DNA from: an uncultured Lishizhenia sp.
GTDB lineage: Bacteria; Bacteroidota; Bacteroidia; Flavobacteriales_D; Crocinitomicaceae
Direction: 5' to 3'
Length of the DNA stretch: 57,648 nt
NCBI GenBank assembly: GCA_964562965.1
Contig: CAZLVX010000001.1
Location: 1-57,648, forward strand
In this document: positions 55,908-57,648 of the stretch, piece after piece
Layout: each line of letters starts with the position of its first letter
How positions within the stretch are numbered: the first letter of the stretch is position 1
Translations under genes and position numbers: made by a program
Notes under the pieces: generated by a model
The model's input: only the letters and a program-made list of their open reading frames with translations
The model's database searches: none
Told to the model about the DNA's origin: nothing

Positions 55908-57515
55908 ATGACTTCACTTTCCAAAAAACAGCGCTATGCATTTTCCACCTTGACAGGCCTGTTACTTACGATCTCGTTTCCATTTAGTGGAAGTTTAATG
56001 CCGCTCATCTTCATTGCTTGGATACCCTTACTACTAGTTGAAAATAAGTTATCGGAGAATTCAAAAAGTGGGCGACATGTATTCGTTCATGCCTATTGGA
56101 GTTTTTTTATTTACAATTTGGGAAGCACCTGGTGGATTTGGAATTCTACTTCTGTTGGAGGAGTTTTAGCATTTGTTTTCAACTCCTTACTCATGGCCTT
56201 GGCCTTTCTTCTTTTTCATTTTTTGCGTAAACGAAGTACTTCAGCCTATGATTTTTTGTTTTTTCCTATCGTTTGGGTAGCCTTCGAGTATTGTCATTTC
56301 AACTGGGAATTATCGTGGCCATGGCTTACCATGGGAAATGTTTTTTCAGAATTACCCAATTGGATTCAATGGTATGAATTCACTGGGGTATTAGGAGGAA
56401 GTCTCTGGATACTCTTAATTAATGCTTTGTTATTGAAATTATTCCTTAAGTGGAAAACGACAAATGAACCCAAATCTTTGCTTCCTCTCGGGATCAGTTC
56501 AGTTTCACTTCTAATTACACCACTTGTTATTTCCTATTTGCTTTTAAGTTCTTTTAAGGAGGATTCCTCTAGAAAAATACATGTTTTAGCTGTTCAGCCT
56601 AATATTGATCCGTATAACGAAAAATTCTCCCCCTCATATACACCTGAAGATCAGTTGGCAAAATTTTACAGTATGATTGCTCCTTACCAGTCGAAAAAGA
56701 TAGATTTGGTTATGGGGCCTGAAACCATGTTGAGCGCCGACATTTGGGAGGAGTACATCGATGAATTTGGTGTTATAAAAATGATGACGGAAGAAAAGAA
56801 AAATTGGCCTCAAACAGAATTTTTGGTAGGAGCTTCCACGTCCAATTTATTCAAAGAAAAAGTATCTTCTGCGGCAAAACCCTTACCTGAAGGTAATGGT
56901 TATGTGGAAAACTACAACACCTCTTTATTTATGAATAATTTAATGGAAAAAACCCTCATTCACAAGTCTAAACTTGTTTTAGGAGTTGAGAAAATTCCAT
57001 TCGCAAGTTGGTTGCCTTTCCTAGAAAATTTCGCTTTACAAAATGGAGGTACTTCTGGATCCTTAGGAATTGAAAATGAACCAAAAGTTATTCGAAGTAG
57101 TGAAGGCATTTTAGCGCCAGTCATTTGTTACGAATCTATTTACGGAGAGTTTGTTGCTGAACAGTGCAACAAGGGCGCTGAGGCGATTTGCATCATCACC
57201 AATGATGGGTGGTGGGGTGATTCTCCTGGATACAAACAACATTTTAGTTTGGCAAGACTTCGAGCCATCGAAAACCGCAGATGGGTTATTCGCTCTGCAA
57301 ATACAGGTAAAAGTGGATTTATTAGTCCAACCGGTGAAATAGCACAAGAGACAGGTTATTGGGTACCTGCTACCATCGATCAAGAGATTTCGCTCTCAGC
57401 TGAAAAAACATTTTATACGCAACATGGTGATTACCTCGGAAAAAATGCTCTTGTAGCTACGCTAGTAGCCTTAACTTTAACATTGTATCGACAATTCAGA
57501 CGAAAAAAAGCATAA
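55908..57515 (+). CDS. lnt: apolipoprotein N-acyltransferase
   Basis: 535 aa with a multi-TM N-terminal half and a CN-hydrolase domain (VICYESIYGEF with catalytic Cys). Confidence 0.9.
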   Translation: MTSLSKKQRYAFSTLTGLLLTISFPFSGSLMPLIFIAWIPLLLVENKLSENSKSGRHVFVHAYWSFFIYNLGSTWWIWNSTSVGGVLAFVFNSLLMALAFLLFHFLRKRSTSAYDFLFFPIVWVAFEYCHFNWELSWPWLTMGNVFSELPNWIQWYEFTGVLGGSLWILLINALLLKLFLKWKTTNEPKSLLPLGISSVSLLITPLVISYLLLSSFKEDSSRKIHVLAVQPNIDPYNEKFSPSYTPEDQLAKFYSMIAPYQSKKIDLVMGPETMLSADIWEEYIDEFGVIKMMTEEKKNWPQTEFLVGASTSNLFKEKVSSAAKPLPEGNGYVENYNTSLFMNNLMEKTLIHKSKLVLGVEKIPFASWLPFLENFALQNGGTSGSLGIENEPKVIRSSEGILAPVICYESIYGEFVAEQCNKGAEAICIITNDGWWGDSPGYKQHFSLARLRAIENRRWVIRSANTGKSGFISPTGEIAQETGYWVPATIDQEISLSAEKTFYTQHGDYLGKNALVATLVALTLTLYRQFRRKKA

Positions 57516-57551
57516 AAAAAGGAAGCTGAATTTCTTCAAACTTCCTTTTTC
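57516..57551. terminator. hairpin between convergent lnt and a SusD-like gene
   Basis: AAAGGAAG (57518-57525) pairs with CTTCCTTT (57541-57548) across a 15-nt loop, flanked by A- and T-runs. Confidence 0.5.
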
Positions 57552-57572
57552 ACCAATCAACAAGTATATTCT

Positions 57573-57648
57573 TTAGTAACCTGGGTTTTGAATAAGGTTA
57601 GGATTTAAACCTAAATCAGCATTCGGAATTGGATATAAATTTTTAAAT
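57573..57648 (-). CDS. C-terminal fragment of a probable RagB/SusD-family protein (5' end outside the window)
   Basis: Minus frame reads ...FKNLYPIPNADLGLNPNLIQNPGY-TAA. The ...QNPGY terminus is characteristic of SusD-like proteins. Only 24 codons are visible. Confidence 0.4.
   Translation of the reverse strand, partial: FKNLYPIPNADLGLNPNLIQNPGY

Overview
AT-rich, densely packed bacterial chromosome segment, very probably from a Bacteroidota (Flavobacteriia-like) genome. Supporting this: TAnnTTTG '-7' promoter boxes in front of many genes with no Shine-Dalgarno sequences; a dcw cluster ordered mraZ-rsmH-ftsL-ftsI-murE-mraY-murD-ftsW-murG-murC-ftsQ-ftsA-ftsZ without murF/ddl; an FtsZ ending in ...FLHDNVD; DUF1573 proteins; and a SusD-like C-terminus at the right edge. 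Content is almost all core housekeeping. It includes tyrosine catabolism (hppD, hmgA), SDR-type threonine dehydrogenase, an ECF-sigma/crtI/crtB/idi/PTPS operon, a ClC channel, photolyase, bcp and an ABC-2 exporter. It also includes YceI, Nif3 plus its zinc-ribbon partner, an exonuclease-fused dnaE, feoAB, lysC, gpsA, rpe, an L,D-transpeptidase, a rhomboid protease, corA, mtnBDC, the full dcw cluster, rplU-rpmA and lnt. One tRNA-His is present. I saw no transposase, integrase, phage gene, CRISPR array or recognisable defence system, so I do not claim a clear novel system. The points most worth a second look are: (1) a 142-aa degenerate HAD-like ORF translationally wedged between murD and ftsW; (2) a photolyase gene broken by one in-frame TGA at a conserved glycine; (3) an ECF sigma factor co-transcribed with carotenoid genes and a pterin-synthase gene, with no anti-sigma nearby and a 17-bp perfect direct repeat upstream; (4) candidate MraZ operator repeats; (5) a tRNA-His with two U:U mismatches in its acceptor stem. 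All product calls come from reading the supplied translations for family motifs. No database search was run.
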